Positions 33,224-43,893 are shown, counted from the first letter of the stretch. The stretch is DNA of 64,000 bases from Bdellovibrionales bacterium (GCA_965262715.1 OZ253553.1:2016001-2080000); one strand, 5' to 3'. A program made the numbers and translations. The notes: generated from the sequence alone by a model not told the origin.

Positions 33224-33772
33224 ATGGCTGTTATGACAATAAATAAACACGATAAACCACTTACTCTTGGCCAAATCCAAGATATTCTGAATATTCCCCA
33301 GCATGTCTTGATTCACTTGTGTGAAAAAAAGGTGATTATTCCTGGCTTTTCAGATACCCAGGGGAGAGGTCAATCTAGGTTATTTTCCAAAAGAAATCTC
33401 TTAGAATTTGCCATTGCCCTGCATATTAGACAATTTCAAATCCCGGTTATGGCTACACGAGTTATAATTTTAGTATTGAGAAAGTTTGAGGAAAAGGTAC
33501 AGAAGAAAATCAAAGACTTTACCTTAGGATATCTAGCTAAGACAAAGCTTTCTCCTAAATTAACCCTTTACATCGAAGAAGGAGAAAACTTGATTTTTTT
33601 TCTCAAAAGCAAAGGCAATACATTCATTTTAAAATGCTCTATGTCAAAATTTGAGGAGAAAAAACCTATCCATTTTGTTGCTCTTAATCAATTATCATCT
33701 AACTTCAATTCTCGCTTAGAAATAAATATTTCAAAAGTTATTGAAGATTTATCAAAAAAATCCTTGCTATAA
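33224..33772 (+). CDS. MerR-like HTH regulator
   Basis: TLGQIQDILNIPQHVLIHLCEKKVIIP...GRGQSRLFS N-terminal winged HTH pattern. Confidence 0.6.
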   Translation: MAVMTINKHDKPLTLGQIQDILNIPQHVLIHLCEKKVIIPGFSDTQGRGQSRLFSKRNLLEFAIALHIRQFQIPVMATRVIILVLRKFEEKVQKKIKDFTLGYLAKTKLSPKLTLYIEEGENLIFFLKSKGNTFILKCSMSKFEEKKPIHFVALNQLSSNFNSRLEINISKVIEDLSKKSLL

Positions 33773-33792
33773 TAGACACTGTCTATTATCTT
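33764..33792 (+). promoter_or_regulatory. sigma70-like promoter with palindromic operator in the spacer
   Basis: TTGCTA-17-TATCTT with ATAATAGACA-C-TGTCTATTAT (33769-33789). Confidence 0.55.
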
Positions 33793-33945
33793 TAAGTTAT
33801 GAGCAAATCTAATGTAGCAATGAATGTTTCATCTCATGAAGAATCAGAAGAACAGCTTAATCCTGCAACTTTGGATTTACTAGATCATGTTGCGAGATAT
33901 TGGCTGATGAATACGTTAGGACTGTTAAAGAGGAGGGAAAAGAAA

Positions 33946-34422
33946 ATGAAAGCAGCGATCTATGCTAGATATTCCAGTGATAACCAAAGAGAGCAAAGTA
34001 TTGAGGATCAAGTCAGGGTCTGCCGAATTTATGCACAAAAACAAGGTATTGAAGTTTTAAATGAGCATATTTATGCTGATGAAGCTCGCTCAGGATCTAT
34101 TAGAGATCGAAAAGGGCTTGATGCTCTTATGAAATCTTGTGAGGAAAAAAGATTTGATATAGTCCTTGTTGATGATTCTTCTCGTATCTCAAGAGATGTT
34201 TATTATTTTAATCAACTCTTATGTCGCTTCATCTATCTTCATGTAAGACTGATCTCCATCAGTGACGACCTAGATACTCAAGAAGAAAATGCTAAAGTTG
34301 GATATCAGTTTCGCAGCATCTTCAACGAACTTTATCTAACTGATCTTAAAAAGAAAACTCATCGAGGACAAATGGGCCAGGTGATGCGAGGATTTATGAA
34401 TAAAAGTGAGAATAGCTCTTAA
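33946..34422 (+). pseudogene. Serine recombinase, truncated after the catalytic domain
   Basis: AAIYARYSSDNQREQSIEDQ, DDSSRISRD; ATG 33946 with GAGGAGG RBS; ends after HRGQMGQVMRGF, before the recombinase/zinc-ribbon domains. Confidence 0.85.
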
Positions 34423-34562
34423 AACAATAAAAAGGCAAAGAATTGCAAGATTCCACTGATAATAAAGTGCAATACCACATAAGATTGTCATTAAAATAGA
34501 TAGTATCTCATTCACAATAAGAAGGCTTTTTGAGACAATAAACTGATGATCTAAGGATAAAA

Positions 34563-34835
34563 TTTCCTTAACATTGTGTCAAAAAACGAAGGGTATCTCC
34601 CTCCAAAAAATGGTCAGGCTTTCTAGGTAATGACCTATTTGCTGACGGTGTAAACCGTCAGGGTCATTGCCAGAAAGTCGCCAAAAGATTTTCCTTAACA
34701 TGTTGTAAGAAAATGAGGAGTATCTCCCCTACTCAAAATAAACGGATTTTTGAGACAGTCAGCATTTTCTGAAGACGTGAGTCTTCAGGCTGATTGTCCA
34801 AAAATGGTCAGAGACCAGTTTATTTTGAGTGAAAC
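34563..34835 (+). repeat. Two family A repeats abutting the tRNA 3' end
   Basis: Same head, stems and GNRA hairpins (GACGGT-GTAA-ACCGTC; GAAGAC-GTGA-GTCTTC). Confidence 0.85.
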
Positions 34836-34911
<76 letters not shown>

Positions 34912-35065
34912 AAAATATTTTTATAGTAGCTTAGCATATCTTTTCAAATAAAATCAAATGATCATAACACATCATGAATATTTAAACACAGCCTTTAACT
35001 TTCTAATAGTTAAAATCAGCAGATTGAAGATTTAATTATTACGTACACATTTTTTAAAATAGCTT

Positions 35066-36181
35066 CTAATGAACATCACCCACATACAATGCTCTAGGCC
35101 GGTAAATACGATTATTTGCATATTGTTCTAAAATATGTGCTAACCATCCACTTGTACGAGAAGATGCAAAAATGGGAGTGTATAAATCAAGGGGAATTCC
35201 CATAGAATAATAAACTGATGCAGAATAAAAATCTACATTAGGTAAAAGGCCTTTTTGTTCACGAACAATATTTTCAATAGTTTCAGACATTTCAAACCAA
35301 GAAGGTTCATTATTATCAGATACTTTTTTTGATAATGATTTACTCATTTGTTTTAAAATTTTCGCTCTAGGATCTCCATGTTTATAAACACGGTGACCAA
35401 ATCCCATAATTTTCTTTTTATGAGCTAAGGCATCTTCTATCCACTCTTTTGCTTTTTGAACAGATCCAATAGATTTTAACATTCTCATTACCTGCTCATT
35501 AGCTCCTCCATGTAAAGGACCTTTAAGAGTTCCAATAGCAGTCACTACAGCAGAATAAACATCGCTAAGAGATGATGTGGTGACCCTTGCTGCAAAACTC
35601 GAGCAATTTAACTCGTGATCTGCATGCAAAATTAAACAAGTATTAAGTATGCGCACAAATTCTTCATTAGGTTCTTCACCTTTTAAACAATAAAGAAAAT
35701 TCCAAGCAAGAGATTGATCTGGATGAGCAGATATAATATCTTGTCCATTTCGAATACGTTCAAAAGCAGCCACTAACAAGCCTACCTTAGCAACTAAAGC
35801 ATAAGACTTATCCAACAGTTGATCTTCATCTTTATCATCAGCATTTTGATCTGCTAAAGCCAACAAAGACACAGCACTTCTAAGCCATGCCATAGGATGC
35901 ACATTTTTATGGGGTAATTGTTTTAACAGTTTTATAAGATCAGCATCAATGTTTAAATGAGATGCTATTTTCTGTTTTAGTTGCTCATTTTCAGCTTGTG
36001 AAGGTAATTTATTAAACCATAAAAGATAAATAATTTCTTCAAAACAATATTTCTCAGCTAGATCCTCTATTTTATAACCTCTATAAGTGAGGGTAGCATC
36101 TATAATACAAGAAATACGAGTCTTGCAGGCAATAACACCCTCTAATCCTTTATCAATAGCCTTATCATAATAGTCTGTCAT
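35066..36181 (-). CDS. Citrate synthase / 2-methylcitrate synthase
   Basis: HADHELNCS, GPLHGGAN, MGFGHRVYK, PNVDFYS. Confidence 0.93.
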   Translation of the reverse strand: MTDYYDKAIDKGLEGVIACKTRISCIIDATLTYRGYKIEDLAEKYCFEEIIYLLWFNKLPSQAENEQLKQKIASHLNIDADLIKLLKQLPHKNVHPMAWLRSAVSLLALADQNADDKDEDQLLDKSYALVAKVGLLVAAFERIRNGQDIISAHPDQSLAWNFLYCLKGEEPNEEFVRILNTCLILHADHELNCSSFAARVTTSSLSDVYSAVVTAIGTLKGPLHGGANEQVMRMLKSIGSVQKAKEWIEDALAHKKKIMGFGHRVYKHGDPRAKILKQMSKSLSKKVSDNNEPSWFEMSETIENIVREQKGLLPNVDFYSASVYYSMGIPLDLYTPIFASSRTSGWLAHILEQYANNRIYRPRALYVGDVH

Positions 36182-36310
36182 CTTAAACCCTTTTCACCTG
36201 ATAATCTCCTATTTATTCAATATCTATTATAATATAAGCAACCTTAAGTTGTCATTTATTATTTTGCAAGGCAGCTATTTGATTTAGAGAAAAGCTTATA
36301 AGTCTTAAGT

Positions 36311-37948
36311 TTAAGAAATCGCAAAATGGTTAATTGGATATCTCCTTCCACTACCAAAAGCATGTGATGATATCCTTAAAATTGGAGGAGATTGCCATTT
36401 TTTAAATTCCGACTCTTTAAGTTTTTTCAACAACCACTGATCAACTCGACTGCGGGCCGGCTTACACCTAACAACTATACGGTCAATACTTTCATCTATT
36501 TTACTATATTCAAATAAAGTATCCGTATCTTTTTGATTCTTTCTTAACTCCGCTGTTGGCGATCTAGAGATAATCTTTGGAGGAATCCATGAACTATAAT
36601 ACCTTTTAGCAATTTCATAAACCTCTGTTTTTAAGACATCTCCTATAGGAGCTAAAGCTCCGCTTGTATCTCCATAAAGTGTTGCATATCCTACAGCCAA
36701 TTCACTTTTATTGCTTGCAGCAAGCAATAAGCTTTTATTTTGATTTGCAAATGCCATTAAATAAAGAGATCTAAGCCGGGCTTGTATATTTTCAGAAGTA
36801 ATACCAACACAAGATATATTGCGCTTCGTTTTTAAGTCCTGATTGATATATTTATAAATATCTTGAATAGGAAGATTTTTAAAATGACAACCTAAATTTT
36901 GAGCTAATTTTTCTGCTAATGAAAAACTCAATTTTGCGCTAAAAGGTCCTGGCATGGCTATGGCCGTGACAAAACGAGGGCCTAACGCTTCTACAGCTAG
37001 GCAGGCTACCAAAGCAGAATCGATACCTCCACTTAATCCCAAATGCACATGGGAATACCCAGCTTTTCTCAAAAAATCTTTGATACCTAAAATAAGCGCT
37101 TCTTTCGCAAATAAAATAGGATCATTTTTTTTCAAAACTGGTTTATTGATCTGTTTGTCTTGTATTTTATTTGCTGGTGCTTCTAAGTCATAATACTGTA
37201 CATCTTCTTTAAAATATTGGGCCTGCATCTGAATATTTCCTTTTTTATCAACATAGATACTTCCACCATCAAAAATGATTTCATCTTGCGCTCCAACTAA
37301 GTTGGTATACAACATAGGAGCAGATAATCTTTTTGTCACCCTTTGAATTGCTTTGAGTCTATACTCAGGTTTCCCTTTAGAAAAAGGAGAAGCACTTAAA
37401 TTAACAATAAAATCTACACTACCTTTTTTAATAGATTTTAAGGGATCATCATCTTCACGAATACCCTCCCAATAAGGAATACAAGCCAATATATCCGCAC
37501 AAATAGTCACTAAAATTTTATAGCCTTTAAGTTGAAATTGATTATCTTTTATACTTCCTGGTTCAAAGTACCTTAGCTCATCAAATACATCATAAGTAGG
37601 TAAAAATATTTTATGAAAATACTGAGGCTTTTTATTTTTCCTTAAAAGGACTGCTGAATTATGATAGTATTTTCCATATTTTTTTTTGTTTTTTGTCACA
37701 GCCCCTAATAAAACTGCAACATTGTCTGGCATTTTTTTATGGCATTTTTCTAAAGCCTTAAGTTGTTGTTCAACGATACTTTTTCTTTCTAATAAAGCTC
37801 CTGGCCAATAACCGAACAGAGACAGTTCCGGAAAGACAATAAGATCACAATGCTTAGCTTTTTTTATATGAGATAAAATAAGATCAGTATTATAATCAAA
37901 GTTTCCTAATAAAGGATTTATTTGAATGCTAGCAACTTTCATAACCAC
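36311..37948 (-). CDS. nadE: Glutamine-dependent NAD+ synthetase
   Basis: Nitrilase domain (VFPEL, LPTYDVFDE) plus GLSGGIDSA, ENIQARLR, SNKSE, GYATLYGD. Confidence 0.93.
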   Translation of the reverse strand: MVMKVASIQINPLLGNFDYNTDLILSHIKKAKHCDLIVFPELSLFGYWPGALLERKSIVEQQLKALEKCHKKMPDNVAVLLGAVTKNKKKYGKYYHNSAVLLRKNKKPQYFHKIFLPTYDVFDELRYFEPGSIKDNQFQLKGYKILVTICADILACIPYWEGIREDDDPLKSIKKGSVDFIVNLSASPFSKGKPEYRLKAIQRVTKRLSAPMLYTNLVGAQDEIIFDGGSIYVDKKGNIQMQAQYFKEDVQYYDLEAPANKIQDKQINKPVLKKNDPILFAKEALILGIKDFLRKAGYSHVHLGLSGGIDSALVACLAVEALGPRFVTAIAMPGPFSAKLSFSLAEKLAQNLGCHFKNLPIQDIYKYINQDLKTKRNISCVGITSENIQARLRSLYLMAFANQNKSLLLAASNKSELAVGYATLYGDTSGALAPIGDVLKTEVYEIAKRYYSSWIPPKIISRSPTAELRKNQKDTDTLFEYSKIDESIDRIVVRCKPARSRVDQWLLKKLKESEFKKWQSPPILRISSHAFGSGRRYPINHFAIS

Positions 37949-38093
37949 CTTCTTTTTATTTTCTGATTTGTATTATGCCCAATTTATATATAAAACAATA
38001 TATTTATTTTGAAAAAATTGGATATAATCTCTTTTCTTATTTTATCAGGCAATCCAGCAAGCAAGGTAATCTGGCAGTCGGGCAATCGAGGCA

Positions 38094-39397
38094 GGTCCAT
38101 TCTGGAGACATAGGTTACAGTTTATTCCGAAGACATAGGTTACACTTTTGCTCCAAAAGGATTTTCTAGAGCCATTAATTTTTTATTTTCTAAATCAAAA
38201 TAGCCTAAATCATAATCCATAAAACTAACTAACCATATACCATCTTCTACCTCCTTTACACCTACATATTGATCTGTTAAAACACTAGATATCTGTATTT
38301 TTGTGTTATTCATACAAATCCGACCACTGTGTGTCACTCTTAACACAAGATCATGGCAGGGATAACCCCATACCGGTGATTCACCTTTATACTCTCTCTC
38401 AGATCGACTATAAATCTCTGAAGGCATTTTCATACTTAAAGCTTCATGTGGTCTCTCATAATTGAATTCATGAATGAATTTATCAAACATCTCTTGTTGT
38501 TGTAGAAAATTACTTCCAGCAGGTCTTGTCGTTTCTCTCTTAAGTGTCAAATGCATCCTCTCATGTCTACCATTTTGCTCCGGATGTCCCGGCTTTATTC
38601 TCTCAACACTAATACCTAAACTTAGCCACCATACTGAAAGCTTCGATAAACCAAATAAACCACAAGGGGATGAAAATGGAACTCCGTTATCCGTCCGAAT
38701 AGCTTTAGGAAGACCATATCTCTTAAATACTCTCTTAAAAACTTCAACCGCATAACTCTCTCTTGTGCTGGGTAATCCCTCACAACATAAAATAAAACGA
38801 GTCTTATCATCTGTAATCGTTAGAGGATAACAATAATCACCATGAATCATAAATTCACCTTTATAATCTGTATACCACAAATCATTAGAATGGAAACCTA
38901 CAGACATCTTTGTCCCTTCTGCCTTATAACCTCGCTTCTTCCTCTTCTGTACTAAACCATGTCTAGCAAAAACAGCGTGAAATGTACTTATTGCTGGAAG
39001 CCTGAAATCTGAATACTTTCTCCTAAATATCTCTCTAATCTTAGCTGCTCCCCAATGAAGCTTCTTCTTCTTTAAAGTTAATATCAAAGCTTCTGTCTCT
39101 TCAGGAAGCTGATTTGCAAAACGAAAAGGCTTACTAGATTGCGACAATATACTACCACTCTCCTTATAACGATTCCAAAACTTGTAACCTGTCTTTCTTG
39201 ATATATTGAAATCACGACAAACTTTGGACATCGAATCTCCTTCTATAAGCTGATTAATAAATCGAACCTTGTCATCCATAACACTATTCCTCCATGGCAT
39301 AAATACATCCTTTTGTTCTAATTACTCACTAGAACAAAAGCGAAATGTGTTACCTAGGGGTCAAGAACATTCTGTAACCTATGTCTCAGAACGTACA
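38094..39397 (-). mobile_element. IS481-family insertion sequence
   Basis: Ends carry repeated GACATAGGTTACA boxes (38107-38154) and the inverse TGTAACCTATGTCTC...GTACA (39373-39397); left terminus approximate. Confidence 0.85.
38140..39300 (-). CDS. IS481-family transposase (rve integrase core)
   Basis: MPW start, HTH, DYKG, TDNGVPF, PEQNGRHERMH, RPHEAL. Confidence 0.93.
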   Translation of the reverse strand: MPWRNSVMDDKVRFINQLIEGDSMSKVCRDFNISRKTGYKFWNRYKESGSILSQSSKPFRFANQLPEETEALILTLKKKKLHWGAAKIREIFRRKYSDFRLPAISTFHAVFARHGLVQKRKKRGYKAEGTKMSVGFHSNDLWYTDYKGEFMIHGDYCYPLTITDDKTRFILCCEGLPSTRESYAVEVFKRVFKRYGLPKAIRTDNGVPFSSPCGLFGLSKLSVWWLSLGISVERIKPGHPEQNGRHERMHLTLKRETTRPAGSNFLQQQEMFDKFIHEFNYERPHEALSMKMPSEIYSRSEREYKGESPVWGYPCHDLVLRVTHSGRICMNNTKIQISSVLTDQYVGVKEVEDGIWLVSFMDYDLGYFDLENKKLMALENPFGAKV

Positions 39398-39508
39398 TTT
39401 TAGTTTATTAAGCTTTGGCGGTACTTTTATGATTTGGTCAATTTCTTTAAACTACCTTGACAATTAAGGCGAGTTAGATAAGAATAATATGTGAATATAA
39501 AAATACAC

Positions 39509-39569
39509 GGGTCTATGTTCCTTATTCTCTAATAAACTTTAGAGTTGGATGCTTAGGCCCATTTTTTTT
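39509..39569 (+). promoter_or_regulatory. Structured leader/attenuator upstream of NYN gene
   Basis: GGGTCT...AGGCCC outer stem, CTCTAA/TTAGAG inner stem, T8 tail; TTGACA at 39457. Confidence 0.55.
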
Positions 39570-39583
39570 AGGAGTTACTTTAA

Positions 39584-40261
39584 ATGGACAAAATAGCCTA
39601 TGTTGTCGATGGTGGCTTTTTTACTAAAAAATTCAAAACTATTACAAAAAATTTTCCAACAGCTAATCACGTTGAAAAGTATATTCATTCTATACAAAGT
39701 TATATTCAAGAAAAATATATTTCAGGACCTTCAGAAATTTATAGAGTTTTCTTTTATGACTGCCAGCCTCTTGAGAAAAAACTCATCAATCCTATAGATA
39801 AGTCTATTCTTGATCTTGCTCAAAGCCCTTCTTTTAAGGACAATAAGAACTTACAGAATTGTTTACCACAAAAAGCCTATTTTGCTCTTCGCTTTGGTCA
39901 ACTGAAGATACAAGGAAATAAAAAAGATGACTGGAGTCAATGGGATATAAAAAAATGGAAAATGTCTGATCTCGTTAATAAAAAGATAGAAGCTAAAGAT
40001 TTATATCCATCTCTACAACAAAAAGGAGTTGATATGAGAATAGGTCTTGATATTGCTAGCATTACTTCAAAAAAACTTTGTACAAAACTAGTATTGCTTT
40101 CTGGTGATACGGATATGATACCTGCTATGAAAATGGCTCGAAAAGAAGGAGTTCATGTTTTCCTACATACTTTCAATAAATCAATTTCAAATTTAATGTC
40201 TTCACACTCAGATGTTATTATAAAACATCATGATTTAAACTTTCAAATAAATTTAAGTTAG
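39584..40261 (+). CDS. NYN/LabA-DUF88 (PIN-fold) domain protein
   Basis: VDGGF, RVFFYDC, QKGVDMRIGLDIA, SGDTDMIPAMKMARKEG. Confidence 0.9.
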   Translation: MDKIAYVVDGGFFTKKFKTITKNFPTANHVEKYIHSIQSYIQEKYISGPSEIYRVFFYDCQPLEKKLINPIDKSILDLAQSPSFKDNKNLQNCLPQKAYFALRFGQLKIQGNKKDDWSQWDIKKWKMSDLVNKKIEAKDLYPSLQQKGVDMRIGLDIASITSKKLCTKLVLLSGDTDMIPAMKMARKEGVHVFLHTFNKSISNLMSSHSDVIIKHHDLNFQINLS

Positions 40262-40281
40262 ACAGTTTTTCAATTTGGAGC

Positions 40282-40605
40282 TGTTTCCCTAAAATGCATC
40301 TCGCCTCTGGCGACTTTCTGGCAGTTAGCCTGACGATTAGCATCGTCAGAAAATAGCTAACTGCCTAGAAAGCCTGATGCATTTTAGTAGAAAGGATCCT
40401 CTCGTTTCTTTACTACATGTTAAGGAAATATAAAAAAGGGTGGATGGGTACAATTGCTGTCTCACTAAAAATAAACTGGCCTCTGGCCACTTTCTGACAG
40501 TAAGCCTGACAGTTTGCACTGTCAGCAAATAGCTTACTGTCTAGAAAGCTTGACTATTTTTAGCAGGGAGATACTTCTTATCTTTTTACACAATGTTAAG
40601 GAAAT
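40282..40605 (-). repeat. Two family A repeats, reverse orientation
   Basis: GTTTCCCTAAAATGCATC...ATGTTAAGGAA and GTCTCACTAAAAATAAAC...ATGTTAAGGAAA. Confidence 0.85.
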
Positions 40606-40697
40606 CGGATCTTCGATTTTTTACTTAAAAGGAAAGGCGGATGGGTACAATCATCCGCCTTTCAAAGAGATAAAAAATGATCCTTTGGATCTTATGT

Positions 40698-41171
40698 TTA
40701 AGTTTTTGCAATCTTCAAGTTGCAAGAAGATTTAAAGGTCCTCCAACTAATAGCCTCACACTTCAACGGCTGGTCATTCTCTAATGTCACCCTTACACTA
40801 CACTGATATACCCTATACTCATTAAACTTATCATCACTGTATAAATCACTGCACAATTGCATAACACCACTCCCTTTAAGTAAAGTGCAGGATGCCTGGC
40901 AAACATTAATAAAAATTGCATTGCGACCTACAGCATTGACCTGCTCTATATAATTAGTATTAGGCCTATAATTAGCATAAAAATCATACTGTGCTGCCTT
41001 TGTATCTTGCTCTAGGTGAGTTGATAAAAACTTCTTTTCAGCAGTTCTGTAAGCTTTATAAAAAGCTATCCTCGCATTGCTACAAAGAAGTCCCAAACTA
41101 CAAATAACAACAATTGCTAGTAAGTAAAGCATTCTTCTACGACTTGTCTTTTTAAGCTTTAGCTTTTTCAT
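40698..41171 (-). CDS. Hypothetical membrane-anchored Cys-containing protein
   Basis: Basic N-terminus, TM helix, several Cys; downstream of pilin genes. Confidence 0.6.
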   Translation of the reverse strand: MKKLKLKKTSRRRMLYLLAIVVICSLGLLCSNARIAFYKAYRTAEKKFLSTHLEQDTKAAQYDFYANYRPNTNYIEQVNAVGRNAIFINVCQASCTLLKGSGVMQLCSDLYSDDKFNEYRVYQCSVRVTLENDQPLKCEAISWRTFKSSCNLKIAKT

Positions 41172-41258
41172 TTTTCTTTACCTTTCTATTTAAAATAGGA
41201 TCCTATGTCACATGCAAAAGATTTATCTTTAAAACATCATGGTAATAAAATAAAAAAC

Positions 41259-41498
41259 TTATAAACTTACTGGCTTTAAGGTTTCATGTTCATGTTGCCC
41301 GCAACCGTCTTTTACTTTTTGTTCTAAAAGATCAATCCTATTATGAGTTTGTATAAACATTTTGCTATGAGTGCCTGATAATCTGTGCAGCTGTGTAAGG
41401 TATTTAAAACCAAAGATGCCGACTATCGCTAAAACTATTGCAACTGAAGCAACAATCTGAAATAAATAAAATCCTTTAATATCTTTTAAGTTTTTCAT
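41259..41498 (-). CDS. Small pilin-like/TM protein
   Basis: MKNLKDIKG-FYLFQIVASVAIV resembles a class III signal (Q at +5); start chosen after AAGGTGA RBS. Confidence 0.45.
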   Translation of the reverse strand: MKNLKDIKGFYLFQIVASVAIVLAIVGIFGFKYLTQLHRLSGTHSKMFIQTHNRIDLLEQKVKDGCGQHEHETLKPVSL

Positions 41499-41522
41499 AA
41501 AATCACCTTTAGTTAACAAAAC

Positions 41523-41552
41523 AAAACCCATGCTGTTTACAACATGGGTTTT
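41523..41552 (-). terminator. Intrinsic terminator after pilin gene
   Basis: AAAACCCATG-N10-CATGGGTTTT. Confidence 0.7.
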
Positions 41553-41565
41553 ATTTAGATAGAGA

Positions 41566-42342
41566 TTAAATGCCTTGTACTGAATTTACTAACTGTTTTT
41601 CTTCGTTCATAGTCCATTCATCATTTTGAGAACCATCAATATCGCCTACACACCCTATTATAAAGGGAATACTTCCTGGTATAGAGTTATTTACCTTAAA
41701 AGAACCTTCTGTAGTAATAGCTGCAGGAGTCCAGTCTCCAGCAGCATATCCTGCACATACTTGACAAGCTGTCGATGTTGTAGCTGAACATGCTGAAGTT
41801 GCACAAGCACCTGGAGTTAAAATACCTTCTGATATTTCCATTGCAGTATCAGCATTAGCACCAGATTTTGTATGAAGTGTTCCATCTCCGACACTTGTAC
41901 TTATTGAACCTGGCAACAATCTAAATGTATTTGTGACGTCGTCATCATTTGCAATTGGCCCTCTATAACCAGTAGGTCTATCGGCAGAGGATTCTATGTT
42001 TACATTCTTTGTAGCTGGGTCTGCTTGTTTTTGACTATTGTTCCAACCGCAATTATAAAGCATATTACTGCCCTCGACAGAGTAACCTATTTGTTGTAAG
42101 TTAGCTGATCCATAGTTCCACTCAGCAATAAAGCTTCTTTCAGATGCATAGAGACCTGATAGCTGTGTTCTTGCTTCTGTTTGCTTTGATCTTGCTTGGA
42201 ACTTTTGATAGTTCGGTATTGCAATGGCTGCTAAAATACCAATAATAGCCACTACAACCATTAACTCTACTAACGAAAACCCTTTTTGATTTTTTAATTT
42301 ATTTCTTTTAATAAACTTAAACACTCTTGATAATGATTTCAT
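41566..42342 (-). CDS. pilA: Type IVa pilin
   Basis: [39 protein letters not shown]-terminal D-x-W-x-M-N; own terminator. Confidence 0.85.
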   Translation of the reverse strand: MKSLSRVFKFIKRNKLKNQKGFSLVELMVVVAIIGILAAIAIPNYQKFQARSKQTEARTQLSGLYASERSFIAEWNYGSANLQQIGYSVEGSNMLYNCGWNNSQKQADPATKNVNIESSADRPTGYRGPIANDDDVTNTFRLLPGSISTSVGDGTLHTKSGANADTAMEISEGILTPGACATSACSATTSTACQVCAGYAAGDWTPAAITTEGSFKVNNSIPGSIPFIIGCVGDIDGSQNDEWTMNEEKQLVNSVQGI

Positions 42343-42383
42343 TTTTATTCTCCCCTTTTTAATTAATAACGTAAAAAAATATT

Positions 42384-42565
42384 TTCCTTAACATTGTGTA
42401 AAATAACTTGGGATATTTCCCTCTAGTAAAAATGCATCAGGCTTTCTAGGTAGCCAGCTACTCGCTAAAGACGTGAATGTCTTTCTTACTGACTGCTAAA
42501 AAGTCACCAGAGGCTTACCTCGACGAGGTTCGCCTTGAGAGGCGAAATACATTTTTAGCGAAACA
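42384..42565 (+). repeat. Family A repeat with expanded terminal hairpin
   Basis: TTTCCTTAACAT head...TTTTTAGCGAAACA tail. Confidence 0.8.
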
Positions 42566-42693
42566 AAACACAGCACTACTTTTTGTTTCTTATGTATTCT
42601 CAAGCTGACTGTGAAAGGTAAAAAAACGGCTAAAAATATCAAAAGTGTAAATCTTCAAAGCCACATCAAAAGACTAGATTTTAATTTAACTGG

Positions 42694-42856
42694 ACTGTAA
42701 CTTACGTACATAAGTTACAGTATCAAGTTATTAAAATGATTACCGATATAATAAATTGAAAGGTCTTAGACAGTGATGGTAGTTGGTCTGGAAATGGCCA
42801 AAAACATCAATGATTTTAAGGGAGCAGGACTGTAACTTATGTACGAAAGTTACAGT
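42694..42856. other. Pair of 28-bp 11-6-11 palindromic sites
   Basis: ACTGTAACTTA-CGTACA-TAAGTTACAGT (42694-42721) and ACTGTAACTTA-TGTACG-AAAGTTACAGT (42829-42856). Confidence 0.75.
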
Positions 42857-42943
42857 GCTAAGTAGTTGAAATCATTGAATTACTGGACTGTCTAGTCTAG
42901 CATTGAAACAACACTTAAGCTTAGAAAATTATAAAAACGTTGA

Positions 42944-43893
42944 ATATTGATAAAATGTTTGTATCTAAGCAAGACAACTCCGTATATTTTCACTTTAAGA
43001 GAGTGAAAACACAAGAAAAAATTTCCCTTAACATCGTGTAAAAAGATGAAGGGTATCTCCTTCCTAAAAATGAACAGGTTTTTGAGACAGTCAGCATTTT
43101 ATTGGCGGTGTTAACCGTCAAGCTGACTGTCCAAAAATGGCTAGAAGCCAGTTCATTTTTAGGGAAACAATACAAGAAAAGATTTCCTTAACATTTTATA
43201 AAAAAAATAAAAAGTACCTTCTTACTAAAAAATAAACATGCTTTTGAGGTAGTCAGCTTTTTTTTCTGAAGATATAAATCTTCAGGCTGACTACCCAAAA
43301 GTGGTCAGAGACCAGTTTATTTTTAGTGAGACAAAATATTGATAAAATGTTTGTATCTAAGCAGGACAACTCCTTATATTTTCACTTTAAGAGAGTGAAA
43401 ACACAAGAAAAAATTTCCCTTAACATCGTGTAAAAAGATGAAGGGTATCTCCTTCCTAAAAATGAACAGGTTTTTGAGACAGTCAGCATTTTATTGGCGG
43501 TGTTAACCGTCAAGCTGACTGTCCAAAAATGGCTAGAAGCCAGTTCATTTTTAGGGAAACAATACAAGAAAAGATTTCCTTAACATTGTGTAAAAAAATA
43601 AAAAGACCCTCATTACTAAAAAATAAACGGTTGAGGCAATGAGCATTTTATGAGGGCGTGAGCCGTCATGCTCATTGTCCAAAAATGGTCAGAGACCAGT
43701 TTATTTTTAGGGAAACAATGCAAGAAAAATTTCCCTTAACATTATGTTAAGAAACGAGGGGAGTCTCCCTACTAAAATGCCTCAAGCTTTTTAGGCATTG
43801 CCCTATTTGCCAAACGGCTTGGGGCCAGTTTGGGGGCAATGCCAAAAAGTCGCTAGAGGCGAGAGGCATTTTAGTGAGACAGCATTTTAGTGA
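42944..43893 (+). repeat. Tandem cluster of five family A repeats including a 392-bp-period duplication
   Basis: Units start near 43021, 43183, 43413, 43575, 43730; ~42944-43210 is repeated at ~43336-43600. Confidence 0.9.

Noticed and set aside
42990..43567. Two identical 61-aa ORFs
   Set aside because: Antisense frames through duplicated family A repeats; likewise 40346-40735 and 50789-50998
42944..43893. CRISPR array
   Set aside because: Units are ~150-170 nt and degenerate, with no constant short repeat/unique spacer pattern and no cas genes
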